Of a stretch of 64,000 bases of DNA, positions 41,068 to 50,038 are shown one piece after another; the first letter of the stretch is position 1, and every line of letters begins with the position of its first letter. The position numbers were made by a program, and so were the translations under genes. This stretch comes from an uncultured bacterium (GTDB lineage: Bacteria > Planctomycetota > JAJSAM01 > JAJVHW01): positions 58,722 through 122,721 of the forward strand of contig CALKVK010000033.1 in NCBI GenBank assembly GCA_937996235.1. The letters are read 5' to 3'. The notes beneath the pieces were generated by a model. It worked only from the letters and a program-made list of their open reading frames with translations. It ran no database searches and was not told where the DNA came from.

Positions 41068-41739
41068 TCACGGGGTGCGCAGGTGCCCGGTCAGGTACTC
41101 GGCGAAGCGCGCCTTGAACGGACTGAGCGGCGACGGGTGCGGCACGCACGCGAGCTCGACGTCCCGCCCTGCGATGCGAAGGCGCAGACGCGCGGAGAAG
41201 CGCCGCTCCGTGTCCGCCCACTGCGCCTCCACGGCGCCCGGCTGCGCGTACGGCGCGAACCAGCGGTGCGCCTCCTGGCCGAGCGCGACGACGCGCGTGC
41301 CCGTCCACCGGCGTCCGAGCAGCTCCTCGACGAACGGCCGGAACCGCGCGACCGTCGCGCGGTCGTACGCGCGGTTGTCGACGGGGCGGTACGGCACGGT
41401 GTTCGTCAGGAACACGTGGGAGAGCAGCGCCGCGAAGCGTCGCTCGGAAGCCGGAGCCGGGCCGAGCAGCGCCTCGTGGGCCGCGCGGCGAAGCCGCCGT
41501 CCGCCCGCGCCCACGAGCGGCTCGGCGATCTGCACCTCCTCGCGCCCGAGTTCGCGTCCGAAGAAGCAGACGGGTGCGTCGAGCGCGCCGGCGCACAGGA
41601 TCGGCACCGCGGGATCGCGACCCGCTGCGGAGTAGGTCTCGAGGCAGACGTCGAAGGGTGCCCGGCGCGCCTCGCGCTCGATCGCCGCGACGAGCGACGC
41701 CAGGTCCGCGGCGTCACCAGCGGGCGAAGCGCCGCGCAT
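41068..41739 (-). CDS. Uracil-DNA glycosylase superfamily protein (family 4/5-like)
   Basis: The motif A-like region is 'FFGRELGREEVQIAEPLVGAGGRRL' and the motif B is 'VPHPSPLSPF'. The start overlaps the upstream lipoprotein gene by 26 nt. Confidence 0.6.
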   Translation of the reverse strand: MRGASPAGDAADLASLVAAIEREARRAPFDVCLETYSAAGRDPAVPILCAGALDAPVCFFGRELGREEVQIAEPLVGAGGRRLRRAAHEALLGPAPASERRFAALLSHVFLTNTVPYRPVDNRAYDRATVARFRPFVEELLGRRWTGTRVVALGQEAHRWFAPYAQPGAVEAQWADTERRFSARLRLRIAGRDVELACVPHPSPLSPFKARFAEYLTGHLRTP

Positions 41740-42370
41740 CCTCGCCGTTCGTCAGCGTGCGCTGCTCGCGCGCGGTGATGGAGCCGTCGGGGTACACCGC
41801 CGCGCGCACGAGCACCACGCGCCACGGCGACGTCGAGCGGAAGCTCGGGTGCGTCCACGGCGGCACGAGCGCGACGGCGTCGAGCGTCCAGCCCCCGCCC
41901 GCCGCACGCACGTCGGACGCGAACGGGATCTGCCACGCCTCCGCGTCGCGCGGTCCGTAGACGCCGTTCCCGCCGCTGCCGTTCGCGTCGTCCGCGCGCA
42001 GCACCAGACCGGGCAGCCCCGTGCCCGGCACGGCGAGCAACGACGCGAGCTCGAGGTGCGCGAACGCCGCGTCGGCGGAGTCGATCGGGCGGCACCACTC
42101 CGCGAGTTCCGCCGCGGTCTCCGGACGGACGTCGCCGCGCGGCGTCGCGAGCGTCGCGACGCTCTCGCGCGCGGGTCCCGTCCCGCGGCTCCACCAGGTC
42201 AGCGCGACGCCGTCGCGCAGCGCCGCGTGCGAGGACTCCGCGCCGCGCACCCAGCCGCCGCCGTCGAAGAGTCCGCCGATCCCGCGCCCGGGAGGGCCCG
42301 ACGCGCAGCCGGCGAGCGTCGACAGCGCGAGTGCGAGCGCGAGGGCGGCGGGCCGGAGCGAGTCGTGCAC
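41714..42370 (-). CDS. Hypothetical lipoprotein
   Basis: The lipobox is 'LALALSTLAGC'. The gene starts 12 nt after the hemY stop. I recognise no domain. Confidence 0.5.
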   Translation of the reverse strand: MHDSLRPAALALALALSTLAGCASGPPGRGIGGLFDGGGWVRGAESSHAALRDGVALTWWSRGTGPARESVATLATPRGDVRPETAAELAEWCRPIDSADAAFAHLELASLLAVPGTGLPGLVLRADDANGSGGNGVYGPRDAEAWQIPFASDVRAAGGGWTLDAVALVPPWTHPSFRSTSPWRVVLVRAAVYPDGSITAREQRTLTNGEDARRFARW

Positions 42371-42382
42371 GCGACGTGTTTC

Positions 42383-43741
42383 TCAGACGTGCAGGGCCGC
42401 GGCAACCTTCGCCGCCGCGGCGGCGCCCTCGCGCGCGCAGTTCGGCATCGCGATCCCGCCGCGCCAGTTGCCGAGCGGCAGGAGTCCGGGCGCGCCCGCG
42501 AACGCCGCTTCCACGCGCGCGACCCGCGCCGCGTGCCCGACCTCGTACTGCGGGATCGCGCGCGGCCAGCGCGTGACCTCCGCCAGCACCGGACGCCACG
42601 CGCCGCCGAGCGCGGTGCGCAGGTCGCGGAGCACGCCTTCGACCAGCGCTCCGTCCGGCTGCGACGGAGCCTCCGGATCGAGCGCGCCGCCGGTGAACAC
42701 GGTGACGAGCTCGTGCCCTTCGGGCGCACGCCGCGCGAAGAGCCGTGACGAGAAGATCGCGCCGAGGATGCGCAGCCCCTCCTCGCGCGGCACCAGGAAC
42801 CCGAACGCGTCGGGCAGCGCGCCCGCGTCGTCGCTGCGCACGCCGACGTGCACGACGGCCATCGGTGCGTACGCGATCGCCGCGAGCTCGCGCGCGGCGT
42901 CGGGCAGATGCGCTGCCACGAGCCCCGCGGCGGCGTTCGCCGGTGTCGCCACGACGACGTGCGACGCGTCGAGCGGCGCGCCGCCCGACGTGACGACGCG
43001 CCACGCGTCGCCGCGGCGCTCGAGTGCCCTCGCCGCCACGCCGGGTCGCCACGCTTCGCCGAGCGCCGCCGCCAGCGCCCGCGGCAGCGTCGCGAGTCCG
43101 TCCTCGAACGTCTGCAGCCGGCCGCGCTTCGGCGGACCGTGGCCGCGCATGGCGGCGCGGATCAGCGAGCCGTGCTCGCGCTCGAGCGCGACCATCGCCG
43201 GGAACGCGCTCTCGGCGCCGAGCCGCTCCGGGTCGCCCGCGTAGATGCCGCCGACGACGGGCGTGAGCAGCTTGCGCCGCGCCACGGGGCCGAGGCGGCG
43301 GTCGCAGAACGCGGCGAGCGTCTCCTCCGGCGCGTCGGCCCGCGAGCGCCGCACGAACGGCTCGAGGCACAGCCGCAGCCGCGCCGCGAGCGGCAGGATC
43401 GGCGAGCGCAGGAACGCGGGCGGCGACGCCGGCACCGGCTGCACGCGCCCGTCGCGGTAGAGGAAACGCGTCGCGCCCGCGGTCTCGGATGCGGCCACGA
43501 GCTGCGTCTCGGCACCGCACGCGCGGATCAGGTCCATGAGGTCGGCGGCGCCGTCGCCGAACGAGTTCGGACCGAGGTCGAGCACGAAGCGCCCCGCGGG
43601 CGTGTCCACGATGCGCGTGCGCAGGTTGCCGCCCGGCTCTTCCGACGCGTCGAGCAGCGTCACCGGCACGCCCGCGCGTCGCAGGTGGAACGCGCACGCG
43701 AGCCCCGAAAGGCCCGCGCCGACGACCACGGCCCTGCGCAT
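42383..43741 (-). CDS. hemY: Protoporphyrinogen (or coproporphyrinogen) oxidase, FAD-dependent HemY type
   Basis: The start 'MRRAVVVGAGLSGLACAFHL' carries a GxGxxG motif, followed by 'EEPGGNLRT'. The 452-aa protein has its ATG overlapping the hemN stop (TGATG at 43739-43743). Confidence 0.8.
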   Translation of the reverse strand: MRRAVVVGAGLSGLACAFHLRRAGVPVTLLDASEEPGGNLRTRIVDTPAGRFVLDLGPNSFGDGAADLMDLIRACGAETQLVAASETAGATRFLYRDGRVQPVPASPPAFLRSPILPLAARLRLCLEPFVRRSRADAPEETLAAFCDRRLGPVARRKLLTPVVGGIYAGDPERLGAESAFPAMVALEREHGSLIRAAMRGHGPPKRGRLQTFEDGLATLPRALAAALGEAWRPGVAARALERRGDAWRVVTSGGAPLDASHVVVATPANAAAGLVAAHLPDAARELAAIAYAPMAVVHVGVRSDDAGALPDAFGFLVPREEGLRILGAIFSSRLFARRAPEGHELVTVFTGGALDPEAPSQPDGALVEGVLRDLRTALGGAWRPVLAEVTRWPRAIPQYEVGHAARVARVEAAFAGAPGLLPLGNWRGGIAMPNCAREGAAAAAKVAAALHV

Positions 43742-45153
43742 CACACGGTCCGGCTGAACAGCGGACGCTCGGCGTGCGGGTCGAGGTGCGCGTCGAACAG
43801 CATGCAGACGTTGCGGACGAACAGCCGACCTCGCGAGGTCAGCACGAATCCGAGCTCGCCCTCGCGCAGCAGCATGCCGTCGTCCTCGAGCTCCGCGAGA
43901 CGCGGCGCGAGCGCGCCGAACTCCTGCTCCGGGTCGATCCCGTGCGCCGCGGCGACGCGTGCCGGATCGAAGCGGTAGCGGCACATGACGTCCTGGATCA
44001 CGTCGCGTCGCATGCGGTCGTCGGGCGTCAGCCAGAGGCCCTTGCGCGTCGGCAGTCGTCCGGCGTCCACGTCGCCCGACCAGTCGTCGAGCTCCTTGGC
44101 GTTCTGCGCGAACGCGTCGTCGAACGAGCTGATGGACGTCACGCCGAGACCGACCAGGTCGGTGCCCGCCTTCGTCGTGAAGCCCTGGAAGTTGCGCCAG
44201 AGAGCGCCCGTGCGCAGCGCCTCCGCGAGCTCGTTGCCGGGCCGCGCGAAGTGGTCCATGCCGATCAGCTCGTAGTCGGCGTCGGTCAGGCGCTCGACGA
44301 GACGCGTGAAGATCTCGAACTTCTCCGCGCCGCGCGGGAGCGTCTTCTCGTCGAACTTGCGCTGCTGCGGCTTCAGCCACGGGACGTGCGCGTAGCTGAA
44401 CGCGCTGACGCGGTCCGGCGCGAGGTCGAGCACCCGGTCGATCGTCGCGCCGAAGCGGTCCGCGGTCTGCAGCGGCAGCCCGTAGACGAGGTCGACGTTC
44501 ACCGACTCGAGGCCCGCGTCGCGGCACCAGCCGACGAGGTCGCGCGTCAGTGCGTACGGCTGCACGCGGTGGATCTCGACCTGCACCGCCTCGTCGAAGT
44601 CCTGGATGCCCATCGAGATGCGGTTGAAGCCGGCGCGCGCGATCGCGGCGACGTGCTCGCGCGTCGTGACGCGTGGATCGACCTCGATGCCGACCTCGGC
44701 GTCCGGCGCGAGCGGGAAGTGCGTGCGGATGCATGCCATCAGCCGCTCGATCTGATCGGGCGCGAGGTAGGTCGGCGTGCCCCCGCCCCAGGCGACCTGC
44801 GCCGTCAGCCGACGGTCGGCGCCCGCGCGCGCGGCGACCGCCGCGATCTCGCGCTCGACGCGCTCGACGTACGCGCCCGCGATCTCGCGCCGCTTCGTGA
44901 TGACCACGTTGCAGCCGCAGTAGATGCAGAGCGACTCGCAGAAGGGCAGGTGCACGTAGACCGACAGCGGCCGGCCGGAGGCGGCGCTCGCTTCGAGTGC
45001 GCGCGCGTGGTCCGCGGGGCCGAACCCGTCGGTCCAGACGGGCGCCGTCGGGTAGCTCGTGTAGCGCGGACCTGCGACGTCGTAGCGCGCCATCAGGTCG
45101 GCCGGGATCTCGCGCAGCGCGCGCGGATCGAACGTCGGGACGACGGAGCTCAT
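43741..45153 (-). CDS. hemN: Oxygen-independent coproporphyrinogen III oxidase, radical SAM
   Basis: 'PRYTSYPTA' is present. The four-cysteine CX3CX2CXC signature 'HLPFCESLCIYCGC' marks a true HemN. 'GGGTPTYL' also matches. The 470-aa protein has its ATG overlapping the hemE stop (ATGA). Confidence 0.9.
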   Translation of the reverse strand: MSSVVPTFDPRALREIPADLMARYDVAGPRYTSYPTAPVWTDGFGPADHARALEASAASGRPLSVYVHLPFCESLCIYCGCNVVITKRREIAGAYVERVEREIAAVAARAGADRRLTAQVAWGGGTPTYLAPDQIERLMACIRTHFPLAPDAEVGIEVDPRVTTREHVAAIARAGFNRISMGIQDFDEAVQVEIHRVQPYALTRDLVGWCRDAGLESVNVDLVYGLPLQTADRFGATIDRVLDLAPDRVSAFSYAHVPWLKPQQRKFDEKTLPRGAEKFEIFTRLVERLTDADYELIGMDHFARPGNELAEALRTGALWRNFQGFTTKAGTDLVGLGVTSISSFDDAFAQNAKELDDWSGDVDAGRLPTRKGLWLTPDDRMRRDVIQDVMCRYRFDPARVAAAHGIDPEQEFGALAPRLAELEDDGMLLREGELGFVLTSRGRLFVRNVCMLFDAHLDPHAERPLFSRTV

Positions 45154-46184
45154 GAGCGCCGGACCTCCTCCACGAACGCCGCCACGTTCTCGGGCGGCGT
45201 CCCCACGAGCACGCCGTGGCCGAGATTGGCGACGACGCCCGGCGTTCCCGCGACGCCTGCGAGCATTGCGCGTGTCGCCGCGCGCACGCCGTCCGCCGGA
45301 CCGTGCAGGCACGTCGGGTCGAGATTGCCCTGCAGCGGCACGCTGCCGAGCCGCTCGCGCCACGTGCCGAGCGGCAGGCGCCAGTCGACGCTGAGCGCGT
45401 CGGCCCCCGCGCGCAGCAGCAACTCGGGCCACGCGGCCGTGCCCTTCGTGTACAGGACGAGCGGTGGGCACGCGTCGCCGAGCTCCGCGCGCACACCGTC
45501 GAAGATGCGCCGCACCGCGGGCAGCGCGAAACGCTCCCAGTCGCCGCGGGAGAGCTCGCCCGCCCACGTGTCGAAGAGCTGGAGCGCGTCGGCTCCCGCG
45601 CGGGCCTGCTCGACCAGGTACGGGACGGTCGCGTCGGCCAGCACCTCGAGCAGCGCGGCGAAGGTCTCCGGCTCGCGCCAGCGGAGTCCCATCACCGCGG
45701 TCAGGTTCTTCGAGATGCGCCCCTCGACGGCGTACGCGGCCAGGGTGAACGGCGCGCCCGCGAAGCCGATGACGCCGACCTCCGCCGGCACGGCCGCGCG
45801 CACGCGCGCGATCGTCTCGAGGATCCACGGCGTGCCGCTGCGCGGCTCGAACCGACGCAGCCGCGCGACGTCCGCCGCGGAGCGGAGCGGGTCGCGGATC
45901 AGCGGACCGCGCTCGTCGAAGTCGACGTCCAGTCCCAGCGCCTCGAGCGGGATCAGGATGTCGCTGAAGACGACCGCGCCGTCGACGCCGAAGCGTTCGA
46001 CCGGCTCGAGCGTCACCTCCGTCGCCAGCGCCGCGTCGCGGCACATGTCGAGGAACGACGCCCGCGCGCGGACCTTCTGGTACCCGGGCAGGTATCGACC
46101 TGCCTGACGCATCAGCCAGACCGGGCGGCGGGGAGTGGGCTCGCCGCGGAGGGCGCGGGCGAGGAGCGGGCGAGACGGGGTCAT
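45150..46184 (-). CDS. hemE: Uroporphyrinogen decarboxylase
   Basis: 'RRPVWLMRQAGRYLPGY', 'VVFSDILIPLEALG', 'IGFAGAPFTLAAY' and 'LQLFDTWAG' all match. The ATG at 46182-46184 follows GGAGGA. Confidence 0.9.
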   Translation of the reverse strand: MTPSRPLLARALRGEPTPRRPVWLMRQAGRYLPGYQKVRARASFLDMCRDAALATEVTLEPVERFGVDGAVVFSDILIPLEALGLDVDFDERGPLIRDPLRSAADVARLRRFEPRSGTPWILETIARVRAAVPAEVGVIGFAGAPFTLAAYAVEGRISKNLTAVMGLRWREPETFAALLEVLADATVPYLVEQARAGADALQLFDTWAGELSRGDWERFALPAVRRIFDGVRAELGDACPPLVLYTKGTAAWPELLLRAGADALSVDWRLPLGTWRERLGSVPLQGNLDPTCLHGPADGVRAATRAMLAGVAGTPGVVANLGHGVLVGTPPENVAAFVEEVRRS

Positions 46185-46289
46185 GATCCTCCGGGAAGCC
46201 GCCACTCTAGTCCGCGCGCGGTGACGCGGGGCGGCAGTTCGACGCGCAGCGAGGATCGCCGTTCGGGCGATCGGAGTCGGTGACTGCGG

Positions 46290-47318
46290 TCACGCTCCGG
46301 GCTTCGCGACGCCTGCACGCGCGAGGTGGGCGAGGTCCGCGTCGAGGACGCCGTCGAGCTCTGCGCCGCTCCAGTCGAGTCCCTCGATCCGGCACGCGGC
46401 CGCGGCGTTCGCCGGATCGGTGAGCTGCACGGCCGCGAGGGTGGCCGGCACGCCGCGCGCGCCGCGCAGGTCGGCGCCGCGCAGGTCCGCGCCGTCGAGG
46501 TCGATCCCGTCGATGCACGCGTCGCGGAGATCCGCACCGCGCAGGTCCGCGTTGCAGAGGCTCGAACCGGTCAGGTCCGCGCCCACGAGCCGCGCGCCCG
46601 CGAGCCGCGCGTTGCGCAGGCTCGTGCGGACGATCCGGAACCCCGCGAGATCGGCGCGCGTCATGTCGGCCCCGAGCAGGTCGAGCCCGGAGAGGTCGCG
46701 CGCCAGGAGCGCGGCGCGCAGTGCGGCGGGGGAGGCGTCGCGCGCCACGTAGCGCTCCTCGCGCCACGGGTCGGCGCCGTTGTGGTAGCCGGCGGTGCGC
46801 TCCCAGTGGCCGAGGCGGTCCACGTCGAGCAGCTCGATCGTGCGCAGCCACTTGACGGACTTGTAGAGGTAGCGCTCGAAGGAGATCGCGCGCACGGGGC
46901 CGCCGTGCTCGGGCGGGATCGGGGCCGGCGCCGCCCCCGGTTCCGGCGACGCCGCGTCCGCGACCAGCACCTCGGCGCGCGCCGTCGCGAGCGGCAGGGT
47001 CGTGTCGTGTCCGCGGCCGGACGCGAAGCGCACGAAGCGCGCTGACGCGTGCGGCGTCGCGGCGTCGAGGAGCGTCGCGAGCGGGACGCCAGTCAGCGCG
47101 GTGCCCGGCCGCGACCAGCGCGTGACGCAGTGCAGCGTGCCCTCGCGCGTGACGTGCGGCAGCGCCGCGAACGCCGCGAGTCCGAACGCGAGCGGCCGTG
47201 TGACGAGGCCGCCCACCGTCAGGCTCCACGTCACCGCGTCGAACGGCTCGGGCGTGCGCTCGCCCACGAGCGGCCAGCGCGACGTCGCCACCTGGCGCGG
47301 CGGCAGCGGGCCGCTCAT
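46290..47318 (-). CDS. Molybdopterin-binding oxidoreductase domain (sulfite oxidase/YedY fold) fused to C-terminal pentapeptide repeats
   Basis: The N-terminal domain reads 'WSLTVGGLV..PL...FAALP....GTLHCVTRWS...TGVPLATLL', then 'PPEHGGPVRAI' and 'YKSVKWLRTIELLD'. The C-terminal pentapeptide run is 'ADLTGSSLCNADLRGADLRDACIDGIDLDGADLRGADLRGARG'. There is no signal or TAT motif. The ATG overlaps the upstream stop (ATGA at 47315-47318). Confidence 0.7.
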   Translation of the reverse strand: MSGPLPPRQVATSRWPLVGERTPEPFDAVTWSLTVGGLVTRPLAFGLAAFAALPHVTREGTLHCVTRWSRPGTALTGVPLATLLDAATPHASARFVRFASGRGHDTTLPLATARAEVLVADAASPEPGAAPAPIPPEHGGPVRAISFERYLYKSVKWLRTIELLDVDRLGHWERTAGYHNGADPWREERYVARDASPAALRAALLARDLSGLDLLGADMTRADLAGFRIVRTSLRNARLAGARLVGADLTGSSLCNADLRGADLRDACIDGIDLDGADLRGADLRGARGVPATLAAVQLTDPANAAAACRIEGLDWSGAELDGVLDADLAHLARAGVAKPGA

Positions 47319-48037
47319 CTGCGGGCGAGGACCTTGCGAACGAACGTGACGATGACGTCGGCCGCGCGCGTCATCTCCTGCGACTGGCGCGCACGATCGC
47401 GGGCGGGGAGAGCGAACGAGTGGTCTCCGCCGGGGACGACGTGCAGCGAGCCCGCGATGCGCAGGGCCCGACGGCTCTCGCGCAGGAGCGCGAGATCGCA
47501 CAGCGGGTCGCGGTCGCCCTGCACGAAGAGCAGCGGCGCACGGCAGCGCGGCAGGTGCGCCGCGCGCTCGGCGGACGGCTTGCCCGCCGGGTGCAGCGGG
47601 TAGCCGAGCAGCACGAGCCCCGACGGACGCACGCGCCCCTCTGCCGCGAGGATCGTCGCCATCCGTCCGCCGAGGCTCTTCCCGCCGATGAACAGCGGAC
47701 CCGGAGGGGAGCCCGTGCGCTGCGACGACGCGAGCAGCACCTCCTGATACGTGTCGAGGAGGACGTCCTGCGGATCCGGAGGTCGCGTGCCGCCCGCCGC
47801 GCGCTCCATGTACGGGAACTGGAAGCGCACGACGGCGAGCCCGCGCTCCGCGAGCGCGGCGGCGAAGAACTCGAGGAACGCGTGCCGCATGTCGGCGCCC
47901 GCGCCGTGCGCCAGCACGACCACGGGCGTGCGGTGCGCCTCGAAGCGCGCGGGGACGTCGATGGCGGTGGCGACGGCGCCGCCCCGGCGCAGGGTCACCG
48001 AGAAGCAGTGCTCCGCCACGGGGCCATTCTGGCGCAC
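47315..48037 (-). CDS. Alpha/beta hydrolase (dienelactone-hydrolase-like)
   Basis: The nucleophile elbow is 'GGKSLGG'. 'VVVLAHGAGADM', 'LLGYPLHP' and 'LFVQGDRDPL...GGDHSF' also match. The start is a GTG at 48035-48037. Confidence 0.7.
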   Translation of the reverse strand: MRQNGPVAEHCFSVTLRRGGAVATAIDVPARFEAHRTPVVVLAHGAGADMRHAFLEFFAAALAERGLAVVRFQFPYMERAAGGTRPPDPQDVLLDTYQEVLLASSQRTGSPPGPLFIGGKSLGGRMATILAAEGRVRPSGLVLLGYPLHPAGKPSAERAAHLPRCRAPLLFVQGDRDPLCDLALLRESRRALRIAGSLHVVPGGDHSFALPARDRARQSQEMTRAADVIVTFVRKVLARR

Positions 48038-48061
48038 CGCGCCGACAGCCCGGGCGCCGCC

Positions 48062-49879
48062 TCAGCGCGGCCGGTGCCAGCGCGACGGCGGCCAGACGAC
48101 GAACACCGGCGCGCCCACCATGCGCGCGGCGTGCACGGGCCCGTTGCGTTCGCTGCGGCTGTCGGCGCTGTTCTCGGAGTTGTCGCCGAGCATCAGGTAC
48201 TCGTCGTCCGCGAGCGCGAACTCGGTGCGTCCCTCGCACGTGTAGTAGAGGTCGCGCTCGATGCCCCGCGGCAGCACCCACGCGCCCGCGCCCGCGACTG
48301 CGAAGGACAGGTCCGCGGAGGGCGCCTCGCGCTTCGGGAACTCCGGCTGCGGCAGTTCGAACTCGAGGTGCGCGTCCCCGGCGTCGAGGCGCAGGACCAG
48401 GTCCACCTGGGAGAACGCCGCCGTGAGCGGCTCTCCGGGGACGAGGCGCCCGCCGTCGCCCGCCGCGACCTCCACGTCGTCCGCGAAGAGCCGCGCGCCC
48501 GTGTCCGTCGCGAAGCGCGCCTCGTACACGTGCTCGCCGCGCGTCAGCCGGATCGTCACGCGCGACAGCGGCGACTCTGCGGTCAGGTCGGCGCGCACGC
48601 GCACGTCCGGGCAGTCGTGCGTGCCGCTGTCCAGGTCGCCCGTGACCGCGTCGTACAGGTCGTTCCGCAGCGGGTCGCGCCAGCGCAGCCGCGCGTTCTC
48701 GACGACCGGCGGCTCCGCGCAGTGGAACCCGCGCACCGACTCGACGGTCCACGTGCCCGTGTCCGACTCCCAGAGCTGGTGCTGCTCGTCGTTGACGGCC
48801 TCGTGCTGCGCGCGCGCGTCGTCCGGGTGGTCGGCGCGCGCCCGCGCCCACACGTCGTCCCACGCGTACATGGGGAAGAGCAGCGACGCGGCCCGTGCGG
48901 CGCTCTTCCGCACGAGCCTGCCGTCCACGTAGAGGTCGCCCTCGCGGATGCGGACCTGCTCGCCCGGGAGCCCCGCCACGCGCTTGACGTAGTACTTGCG
49001 CTCGGTGCCCCAGCCCAGGAACACGCGGATGTCGAAACGCTCCGGTGCGCCCGCGAGGCGGTACACGAGGATGCGGTCGCCGTCGCGCCGGTCGCCGTGC
49101 AGCGTCGGCTCCATCGAGCGCGTGGGGATGTGGTACGCGGACAGCACCTGCAGCCGCACGAACACGATCGCGGCCACGACGACGAGCAGGACGCCCGCGT
49201 CGTAGATCGCGAGGCCGGCGAGTGCGCTCCGGAGCGTCCCGGCGACGAGCACCGTCCGGCGGCCCTGCGCCACGCGCCGCAGGTCGGTCCGGATGCGTCC
49301 GACGTCGCCGAACGCACGCAGCACGCGCCGCGTGCGGCCGCCGGCTGCGTCCGGCGCCGCCGCGCGCACGGCGTCCACCAGATGGCCGAGCACCTCGCGG
49401 CGCAGGTCCTCGGCGAGGGCGGGTGCGAACGCGAGTCCGGAGACCGCCTCCGCCGCGGCGCGCCGCAGCGCGGCGTCGGCGCCGGAGGGGTCCGCGTCCT
49501 GCTCGTCCGTCGGCAGATGCCCCGGCACCGTGGTCACGGGGACGTCGGTGCGGCGGTGGACGAGGCGGGCGCCCTGCGGCGTGAGCTCGGCGCGCGCGTC
49601 GACCAGCCCACGCCGTCGGAGTTCGAGAAGCCCGGCGTGGACGAAGCCGCGCCGGCCGTCGAGCACCTCCGGCCACGTCGCGGCGAGCGCCTCGGCGAGC
49701 TCGAACGCCGTCGCCGGGCCGTGCGCCAGCTCGGAGAGCAGCGCCTCGGGCAGCCCCCCGCGCGGCCACTTCCGCTGGCGGGGGCGCGGCGCAGGCGCGG
49801 CGTGCACGGCCAAGGGCTCCGCCGCAGCCGCGCTCTGCGGGTTCTCGGGCGTGGGCTCCTCTGCCGTCACGGGGTGCAA
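48062..49879 (-). CDS. lepB: Signal peptidase I (S26) with an N-terminal cytoplasmic PadR-like wHTH and DUF1700-like helical domain
   Basis: The N-terminal wHTH is 'LPEALLSELAHGPATAFELAEALAATWPEVLDGRRGFVHAGLLELRRRGLVDA...ARLVHRRT'. A DUF1700-like region follows: 'LAEDLRREVLGHLVDAV...RRVLRAFGDVGRIRTDL'. The TM helix is 'AGVLLVVVAAIVFV'. The S26 boxes are 'SMEPTL', 'GDRILV', 'YVKRVAGLPGEQV' and 'GDNSENSADSR'. The start is a TTG at 49877-49879 after GGAAGG. Confidence 0.75.
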   Translation of the reverse strand: MHPVTAEEPTPENPQSAAAAEPLAVHAAPAPRPRQRKWPRGGLPEALLSELAHGPATAFELAEALAATWPEVLDGRRGFVHAGLLELRRRGLVDARAELTPQGARLVHRRTDVPVTTVPGHLPTDEQDADPSGADAALRRAAAEAVSGLAFAPALAEDLRREVLGHLVDAVRAAAPDAAGGRTRRVLRAFGDVGRIRTDLRRVAQGRRTVLVAGTLRSALAGLAIYDAGVLLVVVAAIVFVRLQVLSAYHIPTRSMEPTLHGDRRDGDRILVYRLAGAPERFDIRVFLGWGTERKYYVKRVAGLPGEQVRIREGDLYVDGRLVRKSAARAASLLFPMYAWDDVWARARADHPDDARAQHEAVNDEQHQLWESDTGTWTVESVRGFHCAEPPVVENARLRWRDPLRNDLYDAVTGDLDSGTHDCPDVRVRADLTAESPLSRVTIRLTRGEHVYEARFATDTGARLFADDVEVAAGDGGRLVPGEPLTAAFSQVDLVLRLDAGDAHLEFELPQPEFPKREAPSADLSFAVAGAGAWVLPRGIERDLYYTCEGRTEFALADDEYLMLGDNSENSADSRSERNGPVHAARMVGAPVFVVWPPSRWHRPR

Positions 49880-50038
49880 CCTAGCAGCCTTCCGGAGAAC
49901 TCCCGTCGATCCGCGCCGTGGCGCCCGCTCCGGCGGGCCGTCGGGGTCGGCGGGATGCGCAGCGCGCGGCGGCGCCGTTGGCGCCGACCGGCGGTTCGAC
50001 GTGCGAGCGCGGCGTGTCCGGAACCACGTTCTCGCGTG

